Part shown: positions 19,519 to 30,578 of the stretch, in pieces
How the letters are laid out: the number at the start of each line of letters is the position of its first letter
Numbering within the stretch: the first letter of the stretch is position 1
Origin: Candidatus Bathyarchaeota archaeon
Lineage (GTDB): Archaea; Thermoproteota; Bathyarchaeia; Bathyarchaeales; Bathycorpusculaceae
NCBI GenBank assembly: GCA_963775685.1
Contig: CAVZJV010000014.1
Location: 1,568,001-1,632,000, forward strand
Direction of reading: 5' to 3'
DNA length: 64,000 bases
Position numbers and translations under genes: made by a program
Notes under the pieces: model-generated
What the model was told of the DNA's origin: nothing
Seen by the model: only the letters and a program-made list of their open reading frames with translations
The model's database searches: none

Positions 19519-20961
19519 ATGTCTGATATTGGAGTTACCGTAAAGAAATGTCAGGATTTCAGCGAATGGTACGTTGAAGTCGTTTTGAAAGCTGAGCTTG
19601 CAGATTACGCGCCTGTGAAGGGGTGCATGATTATTCGCCCCGACGCTTATGCGGTTTGGGAAAAAGTTCAGGAGGTTGTAAACCAGAAAATCAAAGCCAC
19701 AGGCCACCGCAACACCTATTTCCCCATGTTTATCCCAGAAGCTTTCCTCAAAAAGGAAGCCGAGCATTTCGAGGGGTTCACCCCAGAAGTCGCGTGGATC
19801 ACTCAGGGCGGCAATACCCCATTGGAGGAAAAGTTGGCGGTTCGCCCTACCAGCGAAACCATCATGTATGCGATGTTTAGTAAGTGGATACGCAGTTGGA
19901 GAGATTTGCCTCTCAAAATTAATCAATGGTGCAACATCGTCAGATGGGAAACGAAAGCCACAAAGCTGTTTTTACGTACACGCGAGTTCCTCTGGCAGGA
20001 AGGTCATACAGCGCATGCCACAAGCGAAGAAGCCGAAGCCGAAGTAATGTGGGCTTTAAACATGTACAAGGATGTAGTAGAGAATTACCTTGCTATCCCA
20101 GTTATCATTGGCACCAAGAGTGACAGCGAAAAGTTTGCAGGCGCTCTTTACACTACAGCGCTTGAATCCATCATGCCCGATGGAAAAGCCCTTCAGATGG
20201 GTACCAGCCACAACCTCGGTCAACACTTTGCCAAAGTATTTGACGTCAAATTCATAGGGGAAGATAAGCAGGATCATTATGTTTGGCAAACCAGTTGGGG
20301 CGTTACCACACGGCTCATAGGCGCCATGATTATGGTTCACGGCGACGACAAGGGCTTGATTATGCCACCCAAAGTTGCGCCAACGCAAGTTGTCATCGTT
20401 CCAATTCCATTCAAGGGCCAAGAAGCTGAAGCAATCGCATCAAAAACAAAGGAGATCGCGGAGACCCTAAAAGCCAAAGGCGTAAGCGTAATCTTAGATG
20501 ATCGAAACGAATACACTCCAGGCTGGAAATTTCACCAGTGGGAACTCAAAGGTATCCCAATCCGCATAGAGCTCGGACCACGTGACCTAAAACAAGAACA
20601 AGTGGTAATGGTACGACGCGATACCTGCCAGAAAACTCCAGTCAAAGAAACTGACATCTCTGCCACCGTTGAAAAACTGCTACAAGAAATACAAGACAAT
20701 ATGCTCGCCAAAGCCAGAGCAATCTTGCAAGACAAAACCAGCTTGGTTCAAACTTACGAGGAATTCAAGAAAGTACTCGAGGAGAAGGGGGGGTTCCTCA
20801 AAGCGGCCTGGTGCGGTAGCCCAGACTGCGAGAAAAAGGTTAAGGATGAAACGGGCGCAACCATCCGCATTCGACCATTCAAAGTTGAGGAACCAACCAC
20901 CGGTTGTATTGTGTGTGGGGAGAAAGCTAAAGAAACAGTGTATTTTGCAAGGTCTTACTAA
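19519..20961 (+). CDS. proS: Proline--tRNA ligase (archaeal/eukaryotic type)
   Basis: FSEWY, RPTSET, RTREFLWQEGHT, QTSWG, C-terminal ARSY; start at MSDIG. Confidence 0.97.
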   Translation: MSDIGVTVKKCQDFSEWYVEVVLKAELADYAPVKGCMIIRPDAYAVWEKVQEVVNQKIKATGHRNTYFPMFIPEAFLKKEAEHFEGFTPEVAWITQGGNTPLEEKLAVRPTSETIMYAMFSKWIRSWRDLPLKINQWCNIVRWETKATKLFLRTREFLWQEGHTAHATSEEAEAEVMWALNMYKDVVENYLAIPVIIGTKSDSEKFAGALYTTALESIMPDGKALQMGTSHNLGQHFAKVFDVKFIGEDKQDHYVWQTSWGVTTRLIGAMIMVHGDDKGLIMPPKVAPTQVVIVPIPFKGQEAEAIASKTKEIAETLKAKGVSVILDDRNEYTPGWKFHQWELKGIPIRIELGPRDLKQEQVVMVRRDTCQKTPVKETDISATVEKLLQEIQDNMLAKARAILQDKTSLVQTYEEFKKVLEEKGGFLKAAWCGSPDCEKKVKDETGATIRIRPFKVEEPTTGCIVCGEKAKETVYFARSY

Positions 20962-22784
20962 TCTGACTTAGCGGACTTAAGTTGGCTTGCCACGTCAGCT
21001 AACCCCAACTTTTCCAGGGTTTCCTTTTTTGGAACACCATTTTTGTCCCATCCCCGCTTCAAATAATAAATATCGAGCATGTAGTTGTATTTTTCTAAGT
21101 CAAGCACTGAACCTTTGAATGTACCTTCAGCTAAGGGGTCGTTGAACCAACGCATGGGCGGAACATCCAAGTCCCGACTCCATTTATCGTCGTATTCTCG
21201 AACCCAGAAGGCTCGAATTAAATTGAGAATTCGGTCACTAATCAGGTTTAACATGTCCAGCGAAATGTCCTTTCCTGTTGAAGCGCGCAGGTATTTGTGG
21301 TACCATTCAAGCTCAAGACCCAGCGAGGTATGAGGGAAACGGCAGACAGTTAGGGCTTCGAAGGCTCCGCCGCGAATAAGCTGGGTTTTGATAAGGTATT
21401 CGACTTTTGCTTGGTCATAGGTTCCTCTGCCATTCTTGATTTCCCAAGTGATTATCCATGCGTCTTTGTGGTGGGCGCCAATCGAGCTGGTGCCGTATGC
21501 CAAAGCCATGCCGGGTGCAGTATGGCAGTCGTAAGCCGAGACTTCTAAGCCTTTTACATGCATTGCCCAATCGCCAGAGCCCTTGCCGATGGCTGCGGAT
21601 GCAGCTCGGACGCCGTTCGCTAAAACATCTCCTAAACCGCGTCTGTAACCGATGTCGTTAATTAAGGCCTTAATTGCCTCAAAGTCGCCCCAGCCTATCT
21701 TCTCAGATATCAACCCCTTCTGGGAAGCTTCCATCGCAAACCCGATAACATTCCCAAGAGAAATAGTGTCAAGACTAAATTCGTCGGCCATACGGTTTAA
21801 GGTGGCGACTTGCGATAGGTTCCCTACACCGATGTTTGAGCCAAGCATAACCACGTTCTCGTAATCCAACTCTGAGTCTTTTCCTTCGCTGTCTTTGACG
21901 ACGTTTCCACAGGTCATGTTGCATTGGGGGCAGCCGCGGTTTGAAGACTTCAGTTTTTCCATTGTAAAACCGCTTATGCCTTCGGCTTGGTCGAAAACAC
22001 CCTGCTTGAAGTTGAATGTGGGTAAGGCGCTGTTTTCTTGACTCCACTCTACTGTTGACATGGTACCTTGCCGTTTCCAAAAAGAATAAAGCGGCTTAGC
22101 CAAAAGCTCTTTATAACCAGCCACTGCCAACCTTTTCATTTCCTCAGGATATGCAAGAGGAATCGGTATTGTGCCTTCGATTACGATGGCTTTAAGGTTC
22201 TTGCTGCCCATAACCGCGCCCATCCCAGGCCGCCCCCCGGCTCGCCCCTTCTGCGAAACCACGGTGGCAAACCTAACAAGGTTCTCTCCGCCAGGACCGA
22301 TAGAAACAATCCCCGCCAGTTGGGAGTATTTTTTTTTAAGGTGTTCTTCAGCGGCAAAGGAGCTTTTGCCCCACAAATCTCCCGCATCCAAAAACTCACA
22401 TGTTTTGTTTTTGATATGAAGTATGACAGGCGTTGACGCTTTTCCCTCAATGACAAGGGCGTCGTAACCAGCTTTGCGTATGTTAACTGCTGCCCATGAA
22501 CCTGAGTTGCCGTCGCCGTAGCCACCGGTTAGAGGGCTTTTTGAGGCTATGACAAGTTTGCCGCTGTTAGGCAACCCAATACCCGTTAATGGTCCAGTTG
22601 CAAAGATAAGTTTGTTTTCGGGTGAAAGTGGGTCGGTTCCTTGTTTTATGGTGTCCCAGAGGATTTTAGCAGCAAATCCTCTGCCGCCCAAAAAATTCAA
22701 TGCTAACTCTTCGCTGAACTCTTCGGAGGCAGCATAGCTTTTAGTCAAGTCTATGTTCAGAAATGCACCTGTCCAACCCTGCAT
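20958..22784 (-). CDS. aor: Tungsten-containing aldehyde:ferredoxin oxidoreductase family enzyme
   Basis: FLGGRG, SKSPLTGG, GMGAVMGSKNLKA, CxxCxxxC Fe-S ligands, DYE, KGLE...YD. Confidence 0.92.
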   Translation of the reverse strand: MQGWTGAFLNIDLTKSYAASEEFSEELALNFLGGRGFAAKILWDTIKQGTDPLSPENKLIFATGPLTGIGLPNSGKLVIASKSPLTGGYGDGNSGSWAAVNIRKAGYDALVIEGKASTPVILHIKNKTCEFLDAGDLWGKSSFAAEEHLKKKYSQLAGIVSIGPGGENLVRFATVVSQKGRAGGRPGMGAVMGSKNLKAIVIEGTIPIPLAYPEEMKRLAVAGYKELLAKPLYSFWKRQGTMSTVEWSQENSALPTFNFKQGVFDQAEGISGFTMEKLKSSNRGCPQCNMTCGNVVKDSEGKDSELDYENVVMLGSNIGVGNLSQVATLNRMADEFSLDTISLGNVIGFAMEASQKGLISEKIGWGDFEAIKALINDIGYRRGLGDVLANGVRAASAAIGKGSGDWAMHVKGLEVSAYDCHTAPGMALAYGTSSIGAHHKDAWIITWEIKNGRGTYDQAKVEYLIKTQLIRGGAFEALTVCRFPHTSLGLELEWYHKYLRASTGKDISLDMLNLISDRILNLIRAFWVREYDDKWSRDLDVPPMRWFNDPLAEGTFKGSVLDLEKYNYMLDIYYLKRGWDKNGVPKKETLEKLGLADVASQLKSAKSD

Positions 22785-22933
22785 AATTTACCAAAACCAT
22801 GTGTACCTTAGAAAAAACGAAAATAAAAATGTACTGAGAACGTTCTACCATCACGTTGTACCTCTTATTTTTATTTGATGAAACACTCTTCAAAGCAAAA
22901 AAACATAAAGAGAAAGCAGCTGCATATGCAGCT

Positions 22934-24929
22934 TTGAAGCAAGGATTAATAATAATATTGTTCTTCTTGGTTACAGCAAGTGTTGTTGTGGGGGTACATG
23001 TAACAAGCGCCCAAACAATCATTGTTCCAAATGATTACCCTACAATTCAGACTGCAGTTGATGCAGCCAATAGCGGTGATACTGTTCGGGTGGCAGCTGG
23101 AAGATACTATGGACGCATAGTAGTCGATAAGTCAGTAGCGATTATCGGAGAATCTGCTGAATCTACGTTCATATATTGCACGCAAGAAACCTATGATCCA
23201 TATATCAACTTAGGCAACCGTTTGACATATCCGCTAACAATGTCTTAATCGCAAACCTGTCAATCCTTCAGGCTAATGAATACTACGGAGCGATAAAAGC
23301 AAGCAATGTTAACAATCTGCAAATAAGGAATAATATTTTTGGTCAGAGCAGGTCTAGCGTCATCGCCATTGAACTTGATAGCTGCGTTAACTTCTTAATA
23401 ACAGACAATTACATACAAGCATCTGGACAAATTGATATTAGAAACTCCACAGACTTGGAAGTATTAAGAAACAAGCTATCAAACACCGACTACTCAATCA
23501 AGCTGTACACCTCGTCCAATGTTCGTTTAGAAGAAAACTCTATTCTGCAAAGTCATGAAGGGATACAGATCACGGATTCAATGAACACTGTGCTAATCCA
23601 ACACAGTATCGATTCTCTTTATGGCGCAACAAACGCTATTAGATTAATTCGGAGTCCCGGAAGCGGGCTAACAGGAAACGAGATTACAAACTCAACAGGC
23701 GGTTTCTTGATTAGCGAGTCGGGTTCTTGTGAGTTTAGAAATAACGTTGTTAAAGATACGTATGTTTTCGGTTGGGGCGGTTCGGGCTTTGGCGTTGTCG
23801 GCTACAAGCTTGAAGACTTCACTCAAAACATTGATGCTTCGAATACTATCGAGTGCAAACCCATTTACTACCTACAAAATATACATGGAATATCAATTGA
23901 TCCTTCAAACTATCCAATGCTGCTGGTTATCTGGCTTTAATTGGGTCTTCGGACGTTAAAGTCGAAGGTTTCACTCTCAGCGGATGTTCTCAAGGAATAT
24001 TACTTGCCCAGACAACTGATTCACAGATAAGAAATAATACAATTTCCAATTCTGCCGATTGGATTAGTCTGTTATGCTACTCAACTGGAAATTTGATTTA
24101 TGGAAACAAATTTGAGGCAAACCAGAATAGTATCCACTCTTACTACTCCGACAATAATGAAATTCTTAATAATGACATGACTCAATCAGGAACTGTTTGG
24201 ATAGATACCTCCTTTAACTATCGAATAGTTGCGAACGATTTGGGAGGTATGAAACTTGTTCAGGCAGAAAATATCTCTGCCTACCACAACAACTTTGTGA
24301 ATTCCAGTTATAACTTAGGTTCACATTACACGACCGATTTAGGGTATCCCACCGGCGGCAGCTACCACATTGATTATAATGGTGTAGACGAAAAGAGCGG
24401 AATTTCTCAAGGGGTGCCAGATCCAGATGGGATAGGTGACACCGCCTACTATACCACTGATTATTACCCATTAATGTCGCACGTTTACCTATTTGATGCG
24501 GGACCTTGGGGTGGAGAAAACGTCTATGTTTCGCTGGAAAGCAACTCTACCATATCCAACTTCAAAATTGACAATGCAAACCACTTTGTTAGCTTCACTG
24601 CTTCAGGAAATGCAGGGTTAACCGGTTTTGTGAGAGCAGAAATTCCTCAAATCATAAGCAAGAACACTTGGGGAGGCGACTTCCAAATTCTTGTTAACGG
24701 AAAATCCTATCCGTATACGACAATAGAAGGAACCAAAAATGATTATGCATATGTAAGTTACCCAAATGAAGCAACCAAGTCTGCTGAACATGATGAAAAT
24801 CCATTATTTTCAGGCCAAGAGGTCCCTTTATTAATCGTTGCAGTTTTGTTGATAGGAATCATTACGATTTTATCTTTTTTGCTTAGGAAAAAGCGGTCAA
24901 AAAATATGATAAAAGACCACAATTCTTAA
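22934..24929 (+). pseudogene. NosD/CASH parallel beta-helix surface protein, in several frameshifted pieces
   Basis: Signal peptide plus IVPNDYPTIQTAVDAA..GDTV; Asn-rich repeats; IDASNTI..KPIYY; DGIGDTAY..DYYPLM; C-terminal TM plus RKKR. Confidence 0.8.
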
Positions 24930-25029
24930 CTCAGTAATTCTTATTCCCATTTCGTGTGGTTCAAATCTATTTGCCCAATTGCACCTAAAGTTTTGCTAGA
25001 TACATTTATTTTTTGGGCTATCAAGTGTT

Positions 25030-26286
25030 GTGGTTACAGGTAAAGCTGCTTTGGCGCACGTTAAAGTCACGGAAAGAGCAAGCAACATTGAATATGCAAT
25101 ACGAGACGTCATAGTGCATACTCAGGAACTGATTACGAATGGCAAAAAAATTTATTACCTAAACATAGGCGACCCTACCGCATTCGATTTCAAAACACCA
25201 CAGTACGTCAAAGATGCCTTATGCAGGGCGATTGACTGTGATGATAACTATTATTCTCCTTCAGAGGGACAACCGGAACTGCGGGAAGCCATCGTGCGCA
25301 AAGAAAAAAGAGTCAATTCTGTGGATATAACTTCGGATAACGTCTTGATTACCGAGGGCATTTCTGAAGGTATCCAGATGATTCTGGCAGCGTTGGTTGA
25401 GAAAGGTGACGAAATCCTTTTTCCCGGACCAACCTACCCACCATACATATCATATACCAAATTCTTCGAGGGCACACCTGTCTCCTATGAAACCATCGAA
25501 AAAGAAGGCTGGGTTCCCAACATAGATGACCTCCGAAGCAAGATTTCGCCTAAAACGCGTGCTATAGTAATCACTAACCCCAACAACCCAACTGGTAGTG
25601 TCTATAACGCAAAGTGCATTAAAGAAATGCTCGATATTGCTGGCGAATACAACCTGCCGGTTCTTTCGGATGAGATTTATGACCAATTAACTTATGAGAA
25701 AGAATTCGTCAGCGCCGCCCATCTCGCCAAAGATGTCCCCGTGGTCGGTTTAAACGGGTTCTCCAAGGTTTACCAGATGACGGGATGGCGATTGGGCTAC
25801 ATGTACTTTAAAGGAGCCGACAGACAACTCGACGACCTTAAACTGGGCGTAGAGAAACAGTGCCGAATTCGCCTCTGCGCCAACACGCCTGTGCAAATCG
25901 CCGGGGCTGCCGCACTTGACGGCCCCCAAGATTTCGTCAAGGGCATAGTTGACCGGCTGCGCGAAAGACGCGACTATGCGTGGAAACGCCTAAATGAAAT
26001 CGAAGGCATCAGTGCAACTAAGCCTGAAGGCGCATTTTACATCTTCCCCAAAATCCATGACGTCGGCACAAGGTGGAAAACCGACATGGAATTTGTTGTG
26101 GAACTTCTCAGAGAAACAGGAGTCTTAATTGTCAACGGCTCAGGCTTTGATCCCGTGTACGGTAAAGATCACGCAAGAATTGTTTTCCTTCCTCCCTGCG
26201 AAGAACTCGAAGAAGCTTTCAACTGCATAGAGAAATTCATGAATAAAAAGCAGAAAACAAGCCGCAGCCATGTGGGCCACGGTTAA
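25030..26286 (+). CDS. Class I PLP-dependent aminotransferase, alanine aminotransferase-like
   Basis: IEYAIRD, LNIGDP, NPNNPTG, SDEIYD, FSKVYQMTGWRLGY. Confidence 0.92.
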   Translation: MVTGKAALAHVKVTERASNIEYAIRDVIVHTQELITNGKKIYYLNIGDPTAFDFKTPQYVKDALCRAIDCDDNYYSPSEGQPELREAIVRKEKRVNSVDITSDNVLITEGISEGIQMILAALVEKGDEILFPGPTYPPYISYTKFFEGTPVSYETIEKEGWVPNIDDLRSKISPKTRAIVITNPNNPTGSVYNAKCIKEMLDIAGEYNLPVLSDEIYDQLTYEKEFVSAAHLAKDVPVVGLNGFSKVYQMTGWRLGYMYFKGADRQLDDLKLGVEKQCRIRLCANTPVQIAGAAALDGPQDFVKGIVDRLRERRDYAWKRLNEIEGISATKPEGAFYIFPKIHDVGTRWKTDMEFVVELLRETGVLIVNGSGFDPVYGKDHARIVFLPPCEELEEAFNCIEKFMNKKQKTSRSHVGHG

Positions 26287-26291
26287 AGAAC

Positions 26292-27176
26292 TTAGATTCT
26301 TGTGCCGTTCTTGGGGTTTTCGATTACTTTTTGGAATTCAGCCATCAACTTTTTGGTGACCGGCCCAGGTTTGCCGTTGCCGATTTGACGTTTGTTAACT
26401 TCGCGGATGGGCACCATCTCCATGGCTGTGCCGGTGAAGAATGCTTCGTCAGCGGTAAATAGCATAAACGGTGTCAGGTTAGTTATGATGAGATCTATGC
26501 CGAGGTTTCCACATAGTTCAGCGACAACGTCAGCGGTGATGCCTGCAAGTGCGCCTGTTGAGGTGGGTGGGGTGAAGACCTCGTGGTCTTTAACTATGAA
26601 TACGTTTTCGCCGACGCCTTCTGCGATGTAACCGTTGCTTTCGAGGCATATTGCTTCGTCTACGCCACATGCATTGGCTTCAATTTTTGCTAGCACGCTG
26701 TTTAGGTAATTGAGAGATTTTATCTCGTGTGTGGTTGCGTCCACTGGGTTTCTGCGGACCCAGCTAAACATTGTGGTTATGCCGACTTCTTTGGCGTTGC
26801 TTGCCTTTATGTTGATTGTGTCAGTTATGATTATGACTGTTGGTTTGGGGCATTTGCGCGGATCTAGACCCAAATCACCAATTCCTCTTGAGACGATTAA
26901 ACGTATGTAGCTGTCCTTCATCTTGTTCTTTTGAAGGGTTTCAACGACAGCTTTGGTCATCTCTTCTTTTGTTAGCGGAATTTGGAGCATTATGGCATGC
27001 GCGCTATGGTATAAGCGGTCGATGTGCTCTTTAAGTTTGAAAACAACGCCGTTGTACATGCGGATGCCTTCGAAAACGCCGTCGCCGTAGAGGAATCCGT
27101 GGTCGTAAACGGAGATTTTAGCCTGTGACTTAGGGTAGAATTCGCCGTCGATGTAGATTTGTAATTCGCTGATCAT
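26292..27176 (-). CDS. ilvE: Branched-chain amino acid aminotransferase
   Basis: DHGFLYGDGVFEG, KSLNYLN, EG.GENVF, LAGIT, EAFFTGT. Confidence 0.95.
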   Translation of the reverse strand: MISELQIYIDGEFYPKSQAKISVYDHGFLYGDGVFEGIRMYNGVVFKLKEHIDRLYHSAHAIMLQIPLTKEEMTKAVVETLQKNKMKDSYIRLIVSRGIGDLGLDPRKCPKPTVIIITDTINIKASNAKEVGITTMFSWVRRNPVDATTHEIKSLNYLNSVLAKIEANACGVDEAICLESNGYIAEGVGENVFIVKDHEVFTPPTSTGALAGITADVVAELCGNLGIDLIITNLTPFMLFTADEAFFTGTAMEMVPIREVNKRQIGNGKPGPVTKKLMAEFQKVIENPKNGTRI

Positions 27177-27270
27177 CTGTTTTCCTCTTCTTGGATGACT
27201 GTTTCATATTGCCCAATTGTTTGATATAGTTTACCCCAACGATACGCACGATTCGTTTACAGGGACTTTA

Positions 27271-29169
27271 TTAACCGTGGAACTGCGGACGCTTCGACAA
27301 GTATCTGGGCAGCGGAAGGGGTTTTGTGGGTTTGTCGGCGATTTTCTCTGAAACCATCGCTATCAACTTTTCGGGAGTGAGGTTTTGCTGTTGACCCTTA
27401 AGCGCACGGACTCTAACAGATAACATGCCAGATGCGATTTCTTTCTCGCCTACAACTATTATATAGGGTATCCATTCCTGTTCAGCTTCCCGGATTTTCT
27501 TTTGCAGCGTGGAGGCAGAGTCATCGATGTCTACACGGATGTTGTGTGAGCTGATTTGTTGAGCTAACTCCTCCATTTTGTCAAGGAACTTGTCTGAGAT
27601 TGGTATGAGCCTGACTTGGGTTGGTGATAGCCAAATGGGAAGCATCGGAGCTTTGCCCGCCATCTGCTCACGGTAAGCCTTCTCCAGTAGTGCATAGATG
27701 TCTCGTTCGATGGCGCCGCTTGGACTGCAGTGTAGAATTAGCGGGTATTGTTTTTCGCCTTTCTCGTCAACAAAGGTAATCTCATACCGCTTGGCGTTTT
27801 CGACATCGATTTGGTCGGTGCTAAGTGCAGCTGCTTTGTCTTGGTTATCGATAAAGTTGAGGTCCCATTTGAGGGCAAAATAGAAGAACCGTTCTTTCCA
27901 AACCTCAGCTAAGATGGGTTTGTCAAACTTTTGGGATAGCTCAGTTATGAAGTCTTTGTGTTCAGCATAAAAGTCCTTAGTGAAACGCATTGCAATCTCG
28001 TAATCGTCTTTTACTAAGCCAATGTTTTCAAGAACGTCAATGCTTAGGTTGAAACGTACCATGAATTCTCTTTTTGCTTGTTCAAGGTCAGTGCACAACG
28101 CATGGCAATCGGGCATAGTGAATGCGCGTAACCGTTTTAGACCAACGACTTCTCCACTTTTTTCTCTGCGGAAACTGTACCGGGTTAGCTCATAGAGTTT
28201 TATGGGCATCTGTTTGTAACTGAATTGTGCATCATGTGCCATCAAGAATTGCCCAAAACAGGCGGCAAAGCGTAGGAACAGCTCTTTATCTTCGGATCTA
28301 AGGACGTATTGTCGAGCTGGGAAACGGTTTAGGTAGCTTTTGAGGCTGGGATGGTTGAAGTCGTACATTAGGGGTGTTTCGACTTCCATGCCTCCGTAAG
28401 CTGCAACACGTGTAGAGACGTATTGTTCAAGGAGTGATTTTATCATACGTCCTTTGGGGTACCAACGGATATTGCCAGGATCACTACCGGGTTCATAATC
28501 GGCGATTTCGAGCCGCTTCATTAGTGGCACGTGGGGCGGCATCACGGTAACAGCGCGGGTCTTTTTAATTTCGTATTGGGAGAACTTTTGAAGGTTAGTG
28601 TGTCCTTTGAATTTGAATTCTTCAACTGGCACCAGTGAGCCGTCGGTTTGAAGAATGTGCCAGTAGGATTTCATGGTGTCTTCGGCTTTAAGGGCAGCCG
28701 ATACGGTTTCTTCTTCTTTTTTACCCTCGCATGGAGCTTGGGCTTCAGTTTCCGCTGGCGATAGCGCGTAGTTGCGGGCTTGTTCAGCCAGTGGATGCCC
28801 TTTGATGGATATAATGAATTGTTTGTTCCAGCCAAAGGGCGCACGATAAGTTTCGATACCTTTCTCTTTGGCGTATGCTTCCATGGCTTTTATGATTTTT
28901 AACGCCTCGCTGGGCTGGGAGAGGTTGCTGCTAAGGTGAGCAAACGGGTAGATGAGGATACGATTAACTTTGAGCTTGCCCAAAAAAGCCCGGACATCGT
29001 TGATGGCCTTCTGAGCCATTGCGGAAGTATCGCCTTCTTCAATAGCTGTGAATAATACTACGACTTCTTCAAAGCGTTTCTCGGTTTTCTCTGCTTCTTC
29101 GGCGATGTTGATTTCTTTTTCGACGGGTTTGAAAACTATAAAGTTAGAGTGTAACTGCAAAATTCGCAT
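27271..29169 (-). CDS. thrS: Threonine--tRNA ligase (archaeal type with N-terminal editing domain)
   Basis: MRILQLH..YPFAHLSS..RAPFGW..GHPLAE editing domain; LRFAACFG, RLRAFTMPD, HCSPSGAIER. Confidence 0.97.
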   Translation of the reverse strand: MRILQLHSNFIVFKPVEKEINIAEEAEKTEKRFEEVVVLFTAIEEGDTSAMAQKAINDVRAFLGKLKVNRILIYPFAHLSSNLSQPSEALKIIKAMEAYAKEKGIETYRAPFGWNKQFIISIKGHPLAEQARNYALSPAETEAQAPCEGKKEEETVSAALKAEDTMKSYWHILQTDGSLVPVEEFKFKGHTNLQKFSQYEIKKTRAVTVMPPHVPLMKRLEIADYEPGSDPGNIRWYPKGRMIKSLLEQYVSTRVAAYGGMEVETPLMYDFNHPSLKSYLNRFPARQYVLRSEDKELFLRFAACFGQFLMAHDAQFSYKQMPIKLYELTRYSFRREKSGEVVGLKRLRAFTMPDCHALCTDLEQAKREFMVRFNLSIDVLENIGLVKDDYEIAMRFTKDFYAEHKDFITELSQKFDKPILAEVWKERFFYFALKWDLNFIDNQDKAAALSTDQIDVENAKRYEITFVDEKGEKQYPLILHCSPSGAIERDIYALLEKAYREQMAGKAPMLPIWLSPTQVRLIPISDKFLDKMEELAQQISSHNIRVDIDDSASTLQKKIREAEQEWIPYIIVVGEKEIASGMLSVRVRALKGQQQNLTPEKLIAMVSEKIADKPTKPLPLPRYLSKRPQFHG

Positions 29170-29181
29170 ACAGATACCTCT

Positions 29182-29385
29182 TTAACTGTAACGCCATTTG
29201 TCTATGGTCTTGTCTTTCTTGGTTTTCTTTTTGTATTCTTTATAGTGTTCTTTGCATATGTAGGCTCGTTTATCACTGCTAACGTTAAATCCCGCAGCTT
29301 TAACTTTATCAGCAGATAATGACCTTGCTGCTTCTCTGCTGCATCCTGAAACAGTGCATTTTTCGCCTTTTTCGATGCGACCCAA
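29182..29385 (-). CDS. Small basic Zn-binding hypothetical protein
   Basis: CxxxxC and CxxH motifs, Lys-rich tail; TTG start behind GAGGCGTGA. Confidence 0.75.
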   Translation of the reverse strand: MGRIEKGEKCTVSGCSREAARSLSADKVKAAGFNVSSDKRAYICKEHYKEYKKKTKKDKTIDKWRYS

Positions 29386-29429
29386 ACAATCACGCCTCAA
29401 TACACATTGATTTACTTGTAGATATACTG

Positions 29430-30356
29430 CTATTGCTTAAGTTTCTTTTCATACAACTCAGTTGCTCTTCGATAAATCTCTTCTTTTTTGCCAAAATAAG
29501 TGGGACCAATCCCTTCAATAACACACGACGCTGCGGCGGAGCCAACACTCGCGCACCACAACGATTCTTTCTGGCGAATGTATTCAGTTAAGAACGCTCC
29601 GATGAAAACGTCTCCTGCGCCTGTGGGGTCAACCAGAACCTGTGAAGGGCAAGGATCAATGTGGTATTGGGCTCCTTCTACGGATAACACGGAACCTTTG
29701 GCACCCAGGGTTACGATTACAGTTTCAATTCCGACATCATGAATTGCCTTTATTGCGGGCTTAAGCTCTGATTCTCCGGTTAGGGCATAGATTTCGTTTT
29801 GTGATGACTTAAAGATGTTAATTAAGCTGAAGATTTGATTATCCACTTCGGCGTTCTCTGATACCTTTCCTGCTTCGTCGAAGCTTCGAAGCAAACCTTG
29901 AGGGTCAAGCGACAAAACATCGGTGTGCTGTTTAAGTTCTTCCACTAATTCGTAGGGAACCTCGTTGGCGATGGGGGCAATGTGAACTGCATTGGCATGA
30001 AAATCTTTGGGCACATCATTGGCACTCAGCGCCAGTCCTTTACTTTTAAGCCTTAAGGTGCGTTCATAGAGGTCCTTACCGTAGGTAAGTTCAAAGCTTG
30101 TTGTGGGTTCAGCTGCAAGTTTTATGACGGTTGAAACATCTATGCCTTCTTGCTCTAGCCACCAAAGGTAAGCTTGGGGAAAGTTTCCGCCGACTTTGGA
30201 GATGACGAAGGCGGTTGCATCTAGGCGTTTGGCCGCGAAGGAGGTGTAAGCTGCTGCACCGCCTAAAATCACGAACGGGGCAGTTCTTTTTGGCAAAATT
30301 ATTGTATCTATTGATAAGTGTCCAACTACTGCGATATCAGAGCTTTGAGCAACCAT
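29430..30356 (-). CDS. PfkB/ribokinase family carbohydrate kinase
   Basis: GG.AAY, VTLGAKGS, DPTGAGDVF; start at MVAQ. Confidence 0.93.
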   Translation of the reverse strand: MVAQSSDIAVVGHLSIDTIILPKRTAPFVILGGAAAYTSFAAKRLDATAFVISKVGGNFPQAYLWWLEQEGIDVSTVIKLAAEPTTSFELTYGKDLYERTLRLKSKGLALSANDVPKDFHANAVHIAPIANEVPYELVEELKQHTDVLSLDPQGLLRSFDEAGKVSENAEVDNQIFSLINIFKSSQNEIYALTGESELKPAIKAIHDVGIETVIVTLGAKGSVLSVEGAQYHIDPCPSQVLVDPTGAGDVFIGAFLTEYIRQKESLWCASVGSAAASCVIEGIGPTYFGKKEEIYRRATELYEKKLKQ

Positions 30357-30494
30357 CTTTTTGATCCACGTTGAATATGGAAATGAGTCATATATAGCGT
30401 TAGCCCAACAGAGAAAGCAAACGTTCAATCGGAAGACACAATTTTCCATTTTTGTTTGACAAAGTTTTAATAACTTAAACTCGCTCAGATGGTT

Positions 30495-30559
30495 GGCTAT
30501 GGCATTAGCCGTGGTACGAGCCAAAACCGCAGCCAAGATGGATGCTGATAATGCCTACT
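30495..30559 (+). ncRNA. Fluoride riboswitch (crcB motif)
   Basis: GGCTATGGCATTAGCC...AAACCGC...GCTGATAATGCCTAC fits the crcB consensus including pseudoknot GGCAT/ATGCC; lies 20 nt upstream of crcB. Confidence 0.9.
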
Positions 30560-30578
30560 TACGCTGGAAGGTAAGCAT

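Noticed and set aside
30357-30536. 60-aa N-terminal extension of the PfkB kinase
   Set aside because: Overlaps the divergent promoters and the fluoride riboswitch; not kinase-like
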